A program made the translations under genes and the position numbers. A stretch of DNA of 64,000 nucleotides. Source: Candidatus Latescibacterota bacterium. GTDB lineage: Bacteria > Latescibacterota > UBA2968. The stretch covers positions 5,856,001-5,920,000 of the forward strand of contig OZ241986.1 in assembly GCA_965204375.1 (NCBI GenBank), in the 5' to 3' direction. The notes beneath the pieces were generated by a model. It worked only from the letters and a program-made list of their open reading frames with translations. It was not told where the DNA came from and searched no databases. Shown one piece after another: positions 9,958-19,099 of this stretch (within the stretch, counting starts at the first letter, position 1; the number at the start of each line of letters is the position of its first letter).

Positions 9958-10770
9958 TTAATATCCCGCACCGCGACAATACTGATACATTTTGGCACTG
10001 CGGGTCGCTTCATTTATCGCGTCTTCGCCTTCGTAAGCTGGCGCGCCGGGGCAGGCTGTTACCCACCGGTTATATCCCGTGTCTTCAAGTACGTTTGCCA
10101 GGTCTGGGAAATCCAGGGCTTCGCCGACGCCTACAGAGACCCAGGCGGGCGTGAATCGTCCCTCTGCATCCCGCGTGATGTTCTCATCTGTCCAGTCTTG
10201 CAAGTGTACGTAATTGAGCTGATCTTTAAAGTCGCGTAGCGATTGCGCGGCGTCATAGTCCCAGAGTTGTGCGTGTGATACGTCGATACACAACTTTGCT
10301 TTTTCGAGGTGTTGCATGTACAGCGTCCAGTCTTCTTTTGTATCTACCAGCAGATTTGTGTGGATGTGATAGCTCAGTTCCAGATCGTATTGCGCCGCGT
10401 AATCAGCCCAGTTGTCCGCTGCTTCAGCAGCCTGTTTAATATCGTCTTCGGAGATATCCCGATCTTTGGGTTTGGGACCGCTCATGTACATAAAGCAATC
10501 TACTTCCATTTCGGCGGCAAAATCAATCCGCCGTTTGTTGCGTTCCTGGTGCTCCCAACCGGATAGTTCGGGCGATCCTTGTGCTGTGTACACGGCCATG
10601 GGCAATCCCACATTGTCGCATATTTGCCGAATTCGACTCGCTGGTCCCAACCAGTCCAGCGGTAACCGACATTCCCAACCATCCCAGCCCGATTTTTTGA
10701 GGGCTTCAAGGGCTGGCTCCAAATCCGGGTTTCTCCATCGCAATGCACAATATCCGAGTTTAAATGCCAT
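9958..10770 (-). CDS. Sugar phosphate isomerase/epimerase (xylose-isomerase-like TIM barrel, IolE-like)
   Basis: GWDGWE, SYHIH, LCIDVSH, YVHLQD, VGVGEALDF. Confidence 0.8.
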   Translation of the reverse strand: MAFKLGYCALRWRNPDLEPALEALKKSGWDGWECRLPLDWLGPASRIRQICDNVGLPMAVYTAQGSPELSGWEHQERNKRRIDFAAEMEVDCFMYMSGPKPKDRDISEDDIKQAAEAADNWADYAAQYDLELSYHIHTNLLVDTKEDWTLYMQHLEKAKLCIDVSHAQLWDYDAAQSLRDFKDQLNYVHLQDWTDENITRDAEGRFTPAWVSVGVGEALDFPDLANVLEDTGYNRWVTACPGAPAYEGEDAINEATRSAKMYQYCRGAGY

Positions 10771-10781
10771 GATGATCTCCT

Positions 10782-12020
10782 TTATCCAAATAATTCCCGA
10801 TATTCTCGGTCGTATTCTTCCGTTCCGTCATCCAGTTTTAATTCCAGACGAATGCCGGGTAGAAAGCCCGTTAGCCGGCCCGCCAAAAAGTCTTCGCGAT
10901 AGCTTCCGTCTGGATAATGCGTTCGTCGTCCGTTGGGCCAGCATATTGTGTGAATTTGTCGTTTTTCTTCGAGTTTAAAATCTGGGTCAACGCGATAGCG
11001 TTCAATGACGTCCCAATCCAGTTCAATACCCAATCCAGGTGCATTGGGTACGCGAATATGTCCGCCTTCCACTTTGAAGTTTTTGACGAGTGGATGCGTC
11101 CAGATGTTCACACAGGGGATCGCGGGCCAGCGTGCGTGCGATAATACTGCGCCCAAATGCACGCCCCACATGGTGGTCAACCCCGATCCCACCAGTTGTA
11201 GCCAGAATGGCATGTTGGCTTCTGCTGCGAGGGTGCCCTGTTTCATGACGCGACTCGCGCCACCGCCTATGACAAATCCGTCGCATACGCCTTCGCGCAC
11301 GGCTGTCATAAAGGGTGGGTTACCAAAGTGCATGGCAATGGGGCTGGCGATTTTTTGCCGCAACAGGGCGTTGCCCGCTACGTCGTTTTGCGGGATTGGC
11401 GTTTCGACCATTGCCAGTTGGCTATATGTATCTTCTAATCGCCGAATTAAGGGTGCGGCATGATCTACGCCGAGCAACAGGCTGTTGAAGTCCGCATCGA
11501 TTTTGAAATAATTCGGTACAGATTTTCTTATGGCTTCAAATTGTTCTTCGGGATAAAACCAGGGGCGCGTCTTGACTTTCATTGTCGTAAATCCGTGATC
11601 TATCGCTGCCCGCGCTTCCATAGCCCAGTCATCGGGGGTGCGGTCCTGCGACCACCACGATACGGGGCACGCGTCTCGATATTGCACGCCCAGCAGTTTG
11701 TGACACGGCACGCCGAGTGTTTTTCCCGCTGCGTCGAAGAGTGCCATTTGCAAGCCCGCGCCCAGGCTGTCATCCCACAAATGGTCGAATATGTTCTTTC
11801 CGCGCACGCGGGCAAATTGCTTTTCATTTGATTGTCCCCACGTATATCGCGTCAGGGTTTCGCCATATCCGGTTACGCCCGCAGAGGTCGTTATTTTGCA
11901 CACATCTACAAGTGCCCAAAACGGTACCCGGATTTGTTTTACTTTTGCACACCGCGGATGAAATGGGACGTGCAGAAGGATGTGTTCAATATCCGCAACT
12001 TCGCAGTCTTTGGAGGTCAT
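10782..12020 (-). CDS. Mandelate racemase/muconate lactonizing enzyme (enolase superfamily)
   Basis: GYGET, QMALFDAAGK, KVK, DADFN, ETP, PNAPGLGIELD; likely start ATG 12020. Confidence 0.85.
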   Translation of the reverse strand: MTSKDCEVADIEHILLHVPFHPRCAKVKQIRVPFWALVDVCKITTSAGVTGYGETLTRYTWGQSNEKQFARVRGKNIFDHLWDDSLGAGLQMALFDAAGKTLGVPCHKLLGVQYRDACPVSWWSQDRTPDDWAMEARAAIDHGFTTMKVKTRPWFYPEEQFEAIRKSVPNYFKIDADFNSLLLGVDHAAPLIRRLEDTYSQLAMVETPIPQNDVAGNALLRQKIASPIAMHFGNPPFMTAVREGVCDGFVIGGGASRVMKQGTLAAEANMPFWLQLVGSGLTTMWGVHLGAVLSHARWPAIPCVNIWTHPLVKNFKVEGGHIRVPNAPGLGIELDWDVIERYRVDPDFKLEEKRQIHTICWPNGRRTHYPDGSYREDFLAGRLTGFLPGIRLELKLDDGTEEYDREYRELFG

Positions 12021-12111
12021 TTTAGAATCCTCATTTATCGGATGGTTAAATACCTGTTTTTTCAACGCAGCAATTCTCTGCGCTAAGTAGTCTTTCAAAG
12101 ACGGACGACGG

Positions 12112-12176
12112 TTGTCATTGCGGCATGCTTAAAGCCGCCACGCGCAGCATGACGCCAGTAATCCAGAAGGTTTTTT
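12112..12176. repeat. Intergenic palindromic repeat family R1 (long form)
   Basis: TTGTCATTGCGGC..GCCGC[CACGCGCAGCATGACGCCAGT]AATCCAGAAGGTTTT; related copies at 35829, 40809, 49492, 49541. Confidence 0.85.
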
Positions 12177-12182
12177 GTTTTT

Positions 12183-12758
12183 TTAAGCCTTTCCAACCAG
12201 CCTTTTGAATTGCAAATTGCTGTTGGCAGGTGCGTTGATTTTTAGCATGCGTTCGGGAATGTCATGCTGACCAGATTTTGGCTCTATCAGCGTTTCCCGT
12301 TTTGCTACCCCAATATTTTTAATGCTGATAAAACGCTGTTGATAATTCTTTTTTTCGAGAAAATCCTGCTCTTGCCAGAATTCCTGACCAATGGCACGGC
12401 AATAGGCAACGAGACATTGTGCCCCACGCAATTGTTGCGCGACTTTTTTTTCCGAATCGCCTTTGCCACTTTTCATTTCTATGTGAACAATCCAGTTTGC
12501 TCTATCATCACTGGCGATGACCACATAATCGGCCCGCTTACATTCTCCTTTGCTATTTTTGAAAATATTGTTTGGCGGCGGGAAAGCATCCGCTTTGAAC
12601 GCGATAATGTCATCTGGCACGTTGCGTATTTTCAGAGAATATTCTGGTTGTTGATTGCCGGATTCCTTCAGGACGATAATTTTTTTGTTGTATTCATCCT
12701 CAGCTAAGGCCAATGCTTCATCCTGGATTAAGTCTCGCAGTATGTCAAAATCGGACAT
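12183..12758 (-). CDS. Putative PD-(D/E)xK-fold nuclease, partner of upstream ATPase
   Basis: CKRADYVVI...IVHIEMKSG...QQL motif; start overlaps the ATPase stop (TAATG). Confidence 0.6.
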   Translation of the reverse strand: MSDFDILRDLIQDEALALAEDEYNKKIIVLKESGNQQPEYSLKIRNVPDDIIAFKADAFPPPNNIFKNSKGECKRADYVVIASDDRANWIVHIEMKSGKGDSEKKVAQQLRGAQCLVAYCRAIGQEFWQEQDFLEKKNYQQRFISIKNIGVAKRETLIEPKSGQHDIPERMLKINAPANSNLQFKRLVGKA

Positions 12759-14164
12759 TATTCATCCCCACCCCACACAATGGCTTCCTGAATTTCATTC
12801 ATTTTATTAATGGTCTCGTCGAAACTGCGTGCTTCAATTCCCAGTTCTGGGTCTATCCTGGCTGGCACGAGTGTTTGGTGTCGGCTTCTCCTGCTCCTGG
12901 TCTCCAACTTCATCAATGCTTCCTCTGCGATATAAACCCTGATTTTGTCAGCAGATATAAGCTCTTCGGTCTGGTAGCCTTCTTCTTCTGCGATTTGCTT
13001 CAAGTAGGGCTTGTCCTGATTTAGCATAATCAGGGTGTTGAGTTCTTTGATAATATAATCGCTGTGCGTAGTTACGAAGACGCGGATACCCAGATTGACC
13101 AAACGCGCAAAGAGCCGAGCCATGCGACACTGATTTTCCGGATGCAGGTTTAATTCTGGCTCATCTATCATCAGCAGGTCGCCGGGTTTTGCGACATGGC
13201 GCAGATAAAAGCCAATGTCTAATAGGGAACGCACTGCGCTGGAACTCTCGTCCATTGTCAGCTTCTGTTGTTTGCCTGCGGGTTTGAAATAGATCGTGTC
13301 ATTACTTTCCGCGATGTATTCACCGCCGATGATATCGGCAAAATCATTCAGGATTTGTGGATGGTGTTCGACAAGAAAGTTGTCTTCCCTGGCAATATTC
13401 TCAAGTCTTCGGATAAAATCTACGTTGACTTTGACGGGTAGAGGATAGTCCTGATAGGATTTAAACAACAGTTCCATCGGGTCAAATTCGCTGCTGTCCG
13501 CTTGACTCATTTCTTCCAGCAAGCGGTTTCGAGCAAAATTCAGTTCTTGGCGAAAAATTGCCGCGCCGGTGCGCTCCGCGCTGGCGATAAAAGATCGGGG
13601 GAAAAATGGGTCAAAGAGTAATTTAATAATTCCGTTTGATATTACTTCGCTAATCACTCTAGTCATGCTAGTGGGCAATACGCTCATCCTCTTATCCATG
13701 AGCAATGAGACCACCAGGTCCTTTTCTCCATCTTCCTTAAATAACGAAAGAAAATCGTCTTCAGCGGATCGCATTCTATGGTCAAAAGTGCGGTTCTTTA
13801 TAGATGATATCGTTTCTGGTACAAGAGACACCTGGAAAGTCGCATCTTTGAAGCGATTTGACTTCGCAGCAAAGATTCTCGGTATTTCCAGGGTGTATTC
13901 TCGGCAACCCCATCTAAGGATGTCATCTGCTTTTAGGGCATAAGGCTCAATATCAATCCGCGTTACACCATCCTTCAGTAAAGCATCGATAGTTTGATTG
14001 GGAATTTCGACTTTCAGTAAGCTTTCCCAATGCTGTAAAAAGCCAAAAAGGGCATACGTAGCATAGGTTTTTCCCGTATTATTGCCGCCGCAAATAAGGG
14101 TCAATTCGCCCAGTTCAAATTCTGCCTGTTTCAGGACGCCCAGGTTTTTCACGCTTATTTTCAT
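12758..14164 (-). CDS. ABC-type (AAA_15/AAA_21-like) ATPase
   Basis: Walker A GGNNTGKT, signature-like SSSAVRS, Walker B LMIDEPELNLHP, H-switch TTHS; no TM segments. Confidence 0.85.
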   Translation of the reverse strand: MKISVKNLGVLKQAEFELGELTLICGGNNTGKTYATYALFGFLQHWESLLKVEIPNQTIDALLKDGVTRIDIEPYALKADDILRWGCREYTLEIPRIFAAKSNRFKDATFQVSLVPETISSIKNRTFDHRMRSAEDDFLSLFKEDGEKDLVVSLLMDKRMSVLPTSMTRVISEVISNGIIKLLFDPFFPRSFIASAERTGAAIFRQELNFARNRLLEEMSQADSSEFDPMELLFKSYQDYPLPVKVNVDFIRRLENIAREDNFLVEHHPQILNDFADIIGGEYIAESNDTIYFKPAGKQQKLTMDESSSAVRSLLDIGFYLRHVAKPGDLLMIDEPELNLHPENQCRMARLFARLVNLGIRVFVTTHSDYIIKELNTLIMLNQDKPYLKQIAEEEGYQTEELISADKIRVYIAEEALMKLETRSRRSRHQTLVPARIDPELGIEARSFDETINKMNEIQEAIVWGGDE

Positions 14165-14268
14165 ATCGTTACCTCTGTTATCTCGTTCTCCGTCACCCTT
14201 GTGTCAGCATTGCCGCGATGTCTTCCGGCAAATTCACACCATATCTACACTCAAATTCCTTTGGTAAT

Positions 14269-14940
14269 TCATACAATCAACCGACCTATATCGCAATTGT
14301 GAGCGTCGCAGTACCACAGGACTCCGTCGTACATGGTCATTCCGTGTACTTCATCGGGTGCTTCTACGCGAATTACGTCGTACACGCGGCCATCTGCTGT
14401 GCCCAGTAAGTTTACCGTGCCTGCGGATGTGTCCGCTACCCATAGTTTGTCGTCTTGCCAGGCCAAGCCGTGGTTGCGGAGTCCCGGTGTTCGAAATGCG
14501 TGTTCTTCTGTCCAGGTTTCGGCATCTACCACATGTACAAATTGGGAAGGGGGCGACGCAATGTAAATTTTGCCATCGCGCCATTCCAGTCCGTGTGCAC
14601 CAGTTTCTGAGGCGCCCGGCATGCCCTCGCGCCAGGACGCGACGCCAACGCCGGGAGAATCGTATTTTGCAATGGTTTTGCCAGTTTTCATATCGACTTT
14701 TGCTATTTGCAATTCAAATGTGGATGCAATCCACACATATCCGCCACCGACGGTAATTCCACTGGAATGCTCTGTGTCTGTTTGCGCCTCAAATAATATG
14801 TCGCCCGTTTCCCAATCTACTTTGTATATTTTCAGATCTACTTGGTCGATTATCCACAGGCCATCCGGCGCGGCTTGCAAACCATTGGGCTGGGGACCTG
14901 GACTCTTGAAACGCTTTTCGACCTTTGCTATTTTTATCAT
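14269..14940 (-). CDS. Beta-propeller protein (glutaminyl-cyclase/Vgb-like repeats)
   Basis: Repeated P.GL..DG..LW..D blades (PNGLQ, SSGIT, AHGLEW, NHGLAW, VHGMT). Confidence 0.65.
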   Translation of the reverse strand: MIKIAKVEKRFKSPGPQPNGLQAAPDGLWIIDQVDLKIYKVDWETGDILFEAQTDTEHSSGITVGGGYVWIASTFELQIAKVDMKTGKTIAKYDSPGVGVASWREGMPGASETGAHGLEWRDGKIYIASPPSQFVHVVDAETWTEEHAFRTPGLRNHGLAWQDDKLWVADTSAGTVNLLGTADGRVYDVIRVEAPDEVHGMTMYDGVLWYCDAHNCDIGRLIV

Positions 14941-15103
14941 GGTATGGCTCCTGTTTGTTAGCTGTTAGGGGTCAGTTCTTCCGTCTCTACTGATCCTAAA
15001 ATGATGTATGACGTAATGTAATACATCTTTGGTTTGAAGCAAGTCATTGTACTATGCTACATTTTCTTTGACTTGCAGACTATCGAGTGCCATTTTGTTT
15101 TTT

Positions 15104-15958
15104 ATGATTCGATTTCCCGAAAATATCAAGGCGGTGCTTTTCCATTTTTGTGCGCGTTTTCAACGCTGGCTCAGGCGTGTGCGTGTGGCTTTGCGTCGCG
15201 TAAGGTATCTGCGTTCGTTGATGGTGACACTGGTTCTCATCGCTTTGCTCGGTGCAGGCGTTGCCTGGAGCGAATACCAGACCAATTGGTTTGCGCGACG
15301 CCTTGGGGCATTTTTGCTTTCGACCAATGCGTTGCGTCCCCAGTCAGGCGCGCTCTGGCATGATATTCAAGCACAGGTGAGAACCCAGCAAGCTATTGAT
15401 ACAGCCGATCCTTTGCCTGTGCCACGAGCGGGTTTGCCCGATGCGGTTACACGCAGTCGTTTTGAAGGTTCGCGCGTGCCCGAATCTGGTGTTCCGAGCT
15501 ATGTCGCGATCTACAAGATACCACTGCCCGGTGTTGATCTCAATACCAGACCGCTCGGCGATGTGATTGCCAGTTTGCGCGTTTACCGCCAGGGGCTTGC
15601 GATTGTCAAAGCATTGTATTTGCCGGATGTGCATTTCCACGCGGAGGTGCGCAAACAGATTGATCGTCTCTACGCCCAGGTTGGCGATATTGAGGCTGTT
15701 GCGCCAGACACGCTGGGCGTAACCGATCCCGATTCGCTCAAGGCTGCTGTTTTTTCTCAACTCGCTACCGCAGTTATTCCCGATTTGAGACTGCGCGAAA
15801 AAGACGCCCTGATCACCGCGTATCAAAATGGACAGATTGCACAAATTTTCCTGTATCGCGATCTTGGTCGTTTTCGCGGTGAGCTTTTCCGCGAGGGAAG
15901 TCGGGTACCTGTTGTTTTTGAAATTGAGGCGGGTGCTGTTTCCGAAATTGTGGAGTAA
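15104..15958 (+). CDS. Uncharacterised single-pass membrane protein coupled to PBP1A gene
   Basis: Arg-rich N-terminus, one TM helix, soluble C-domain; stop overlaps the next start (TAATG). Confidence 0.7.
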   Translation: MIRFPENIKAVLFHFCARFQRWLRRVRVALRRVRYLRSLMVTLVLIALLGAGVAWSEYQTNWFARRLGAFLLSTNALRPQSGALWHDIQAQVRTQQAIDTADPLPVPRAGLPDAVTRSRFEGSRVPESGVPSYVAIYKIPLPGVDLNTRPLGDVIASLRVYRQGLAIVKALYLPDVHFHAEVRKQIDRLYAQVGDIEAVAPDTLGVTDPDSLKAAVFSQLATAVIPDLRLREKDALITAYQNGQIAQIFLYRDLGRFRGELFREGSRVPVVFEIEAGAVSEIVE

Positions 15959-18042
15959 TGGCACATCTTATGAAATTAATCTCACATCGCGGCGTCTTTC
16001 TCGCTCTTTTGATCATTGCCGATGTTTTGCTGATTGTGTTGGGCGCGGCATGCTATCTTGTGATTACCCTGCCGAGGCTGCCCGAGGATCCCGATAGCTT
16101 ATTGGCAGAGTCCGGGATCAATATTTATGCAGCTTCTGGGGAATTGCTCTATACGGTTAATCAGCGCGTTGGTCGCGTTGGTCTCGACGAGGTGCATCCG
16201 CGTTTTGTCCAGGCTGTGCTATCTATTGAAGATGCGGATTTTTATCATCATCGCGGGTACAGTATTAAGGGCATGGTTGGTGCTTTTTTGGGCAATATCC
16301 GACACTGGGGCAGGGTGCGGGGTGGTAGCACGATCACGCAGCAGATTGTAAAAAATATTTTTCTCACGCGAGAAAAGTTTTATGTGCGAAAGCTAAAAGA
16401 AATTCTTCTCGCAACGCAGCTTGAAGCTCTTTTTGAACGCCACTACGGTGCGGGCTATAAAGACCGATTGCTCGAGATTTATATCAATGGCAGTTTTTAC
16501 GGTGCCAATGCTTATGGTATTGCCGATGCAGCGCAGACCTATTTTGGCAAGCGCGCCGCGGATCTGACGCTTCTCGAGTCTGCAATACTTGCGGGGCTTC
16601 CCAATGCGCCGAGTGTGCTCAATCCTTTTCGCAAAGATCAATCTCGCGTTCTGGCGCGTGCCAGGCTTGTTTTAAATCGCATGCAGGCATTGGGTTTTAT
16701 TAGTTCAGAGGAAGTAGAGAATGCACTAACTTCGGAATTGCAACTCGTTTCTGATCGCATGCCCCAGAATCGGACTCCGTATTTTGTCGAGACTGTTAAA
16801 GCCGAGGTTACACGCCTATGGGGTGCTCAGGCGCTGAGTTTTGGCGGTTTGAATATTTATACGACGCTCGATTTGTCTATGCAACAGGCTGCCGAGCGTG
16901 CCGTGGCGAGAGGGTTGGCGGATCTGGATGCGCGTCTGGGGTTTTCAGATTATGGCAGTGCATCATCTGGACAGCGCGCCGATTATGTTCAGGGCGCGTT
17001 GATCTGCCTGGATCCGCGCACCGGATATGTCAAAGCGATGGTGGGTGGGCGCGATATTTTTATTAGTTATTACAACCGGGCTACGCAAGCGCGACGTCAA
17101 CCGGGGTCGGGTTTTAAGCCTTTTGTGTATCTGGCGGCTTTTGAGAGCGGTGCTTTTTCGCCGGTTTCTCTTTTTAATGATACGTTGCGCACCTATCGCG
17201 TGAACGATGAGGATTGGTCGCCCAGGAATTTTGCAGATAAATATCTGGGGCTTACCACTGCGGCGAATGCTCTGGTCAAGTCGGCAAATGCGACGAGTGT
17301 ACAAATTGCAATGGATATTGGTCCCGAACGCATTGTCGATCTGGCTCGACGTCTGGGTATTCAGAGTGAACTCAGACCGTATCCCAGTATTGCTCTGGGC
17401 GCGCAGGAGGTCACGTTGCTCGATATGGCTGTTGCCTATGGCGCGATTGCGAGTTACGGTTTTCGCGTGATGCCGACATTTATCGCGCGTATTGAGGATA
17501 CTACAGGGCAAATACACTATGAGCATCAGCCACATCCCATGCTTGTTATCGATCCCGAACAGGCGGTGATTATGGTCAATTTGATGCAGCTTGTCGTCAA
17601 TCGCGGTACGGGTCGCGCGATTCGCGCATTTGGGTTTCAGGGTGCGGCTGCGGGGAAGACCGGTACGACAAATGACAATACAGATGCCTGGTTTACGGGA
17701 TTTACACCCGATCTGGTCGCCAGTGTATGGATCGGTTTTGACAACCGCGAGGGCGGCCGTCGGCTGATCGAGAAGAGGAGCAGACGCCAGATTACCGGCG
17801 GGAGTGGTGCCGCACCGATATGGGCTGCGTTTATGAAGAGTATAGGGAAACCATCACATGACTTTGTCACACCCACAGGTGTTGCCGCGCATACTGTGAA
17901 TTTGCGGAGCGGTATTGCCGATACTTCTGATGGGGCTGTGACCCTCGTCCTGCCCGAAGGTGTTGCGCCCAATTCACCGGCAGATACGTTGAGGTTTCTG
18001 GAGTTGGAGAGAGAAGCACTTCCTTCGGCCACCAGTCCTTAG
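15958..18042 (+). CDS. Class A penicillin-binding protein (PBP1A family, transglycosylase/transpeptidase)
   Basis: EDADFYHHRG, GGSTITQQ, RKLKE, SGFK (SxxK), SAN (SxN), KTGT. Confidence 0.95.
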   Translation: MAHLMKLISHRGVFLALLIIADVLLIVLGAACYLVITLPRLPEDPDSLLAESGINIYAASGELLYTVNQRVGRVGLDEVHPRFVQAVLSIEDADFYHHRGYSIKGMVGAFLGNIRHWGRVRGGSTITQQIVKNIFLTREKFYVRKLKEILLATQLEALFERHYGAGYKDRLLEIYINGSFYGANAYGIADAAQTYFGKRAADLTLLESAILAGLPNAPSVLNPFRKDQSRVLARARLVLNRMQALGFISSEEVENALTSELQLVSDRMPQNRTPYFVETVKAEVTRLWGAQALSFGGLNIYTTLDLSMQQAAERAVARGLADLDARLGFSDYGSASSGQRADYVQGALICLDPRTGYVKAMVGGRDIFISYYNRATQARRQPGSGFKPFVYLAAFESGAFSPVSLFNDTLRTYRVNDEDWSPRNFADKYLGLTTAANALVKSANATSVQIAMDIGPERIVDLARRLGIQSELRPYPSIALGAQEVTLLDMAVAYGAIASYGFRVMPTFIARIEDTTGQIHYEHQPHPMLVIDPEQAVIMVNLMQLVVNRGTGRAIRAFGFQGAAAGKTGTTNDNTDAWFTGFTPDLVASVWIGFDNREGGRRLIEKRSRRQITGGSGAAPIWAAFMKSIGKPSHDFVTPTGVAAHTVNLRSGIADTSDGAVTLVLPEGVAPNSPADTLRFLELEREALPSATSP

Positions 18043-18255
18043 TGCCTTTTTGTATCCTCTTGGTAGTTCTGGAAGGGGCACTACGCGTTATGGGCATGTC
18101 AATAGGCTTGCCTATCACGCTACAAAATGTATTTTGGATGCAAGCTTATGTACTGATATTACGCAAATTCGGTTCGAATATCACTGATGTAATATAGTTT
18201 AGGGACCGTAATAGGTCTTGTATAAGAGCCAATCCGACTATTTTGGGATGATATC

Positions 18256-18563
18256 ATGTCTTATATCATAGTCAGAGACGATGGCATGGGGGGAACAGAT
18301 ACCGAGACGATTACTATCAAGGTCGTGGCGTTCGATTTTAAGTTGACCAAATACCAGGTCGAGACCGAGTTGCCCAGCTTTGTCAATATTATGTTCCAGG
18401 TGCAAGATTCCGATGGGCAAGGGGTGAATTTCTGACTACCGAACACTTTGAAGTGAAAGAGGATGGACGGGCGGTATCTCCTACTGAGTCGGCGATGCGT
18501 ATTCGCAAGCGGGAAACCATTCCCTATACACTGAAGACGGTTCTGATGCTCGACACCAAGTAG
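18256..18563 (+). pseudogene. Fragment of Ig-like + VWA-associated surface protein, frameshifted and truncated
   Basis: IIVRDDGMGGTDTETITIKV...LPSFVNIMFQVQDSDGQGVN[frameshift near 18430]LTTEHFEVKEDGRAVSPTES...LKTVLMLDT, breaking off where a VWA DxS motif would begin. Confidence 0.65.
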
Positions 18564-18594
18564 TACGTCATTTTGAAATCTTACATTTTATACT

Positions 18595-19011
18595 TTAGGT
18601 TTTTGTTTCTAACTGTTGTATCAGAGACATAAAACCCACATGTGCTGAGTTTTCGTCTCCAAAAGATTTAAGTTCTCTTTGGAAATTTTCACCTTTTAAC
18701 ACTATTTTAGTACCTTTCAAAACGATTTGATTTCCTGTGTCCAGATTTGTCAATGTTTCTTTTTCGTCGTAAAACCACATAGCGATCTCTTTAGAAGTTC
18801 TGTTTGTTTCATTTGTATTTATTATGTTTTTTATCACAGGGTTGATTTTATCAGACTCAAGACTTGTTAAACGCTGGTCAATAGATGAAACAACATCTGC
18901 CAAGTCTTGAACCGCATCGTCCGTGTCTTCCGAAGATTCTGATTTTGCTTTTTGTCTTACCTTGTCCAGTATCATGCTTACCCCTTCCATTAGCAAAATC
19001 CCACCTGTCAT
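18595..19011 (-). CDS. Hypothetical protein in AT-rich insert
   Basis: 138-aa ORF with AGGAG RBS and a short coiled-coil-like segment; no recognisable family. Confidence 0.55.
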   Translation of the reverse strand: MTGGILLMEGVSMILDKVRQKAKSESSEDTDDAVQDLADVVSSIDQRLTSLESDKINPVIKNIINTNETNRTSKEIAMWFYDEKETLTNLDTGNQIVLKGTKIVLKGENFQRELKSFGDENSAHVGFMSLIQQLETKT

Positions 19012-19048
19012 TTATTTCTCCTTTTAGCATAGCAGAGTAAAATTGTCA

Positions 19049-19099
19049 AGAGTTTTCGTACAGATATAAAACCCACTGATGTTTCTGTACGAAAACTCT
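19049..19099. terminator. 16-bp perfect inverted repeat
   Basis: AGAGTTTTCGTACAGA (19049-19064) / TCTGTACGAAAACTCT (19084-19099) directly after the peptidase stop. Confidence 0.6.

Noticed and set aside
18425-18440. In-frame TGA in the VWA-type fragment as selenocysteine or readthrough
   Set aside because: Plausible protein sequence continues in another frame; a single missing T in AATTT(T)CTG explains it
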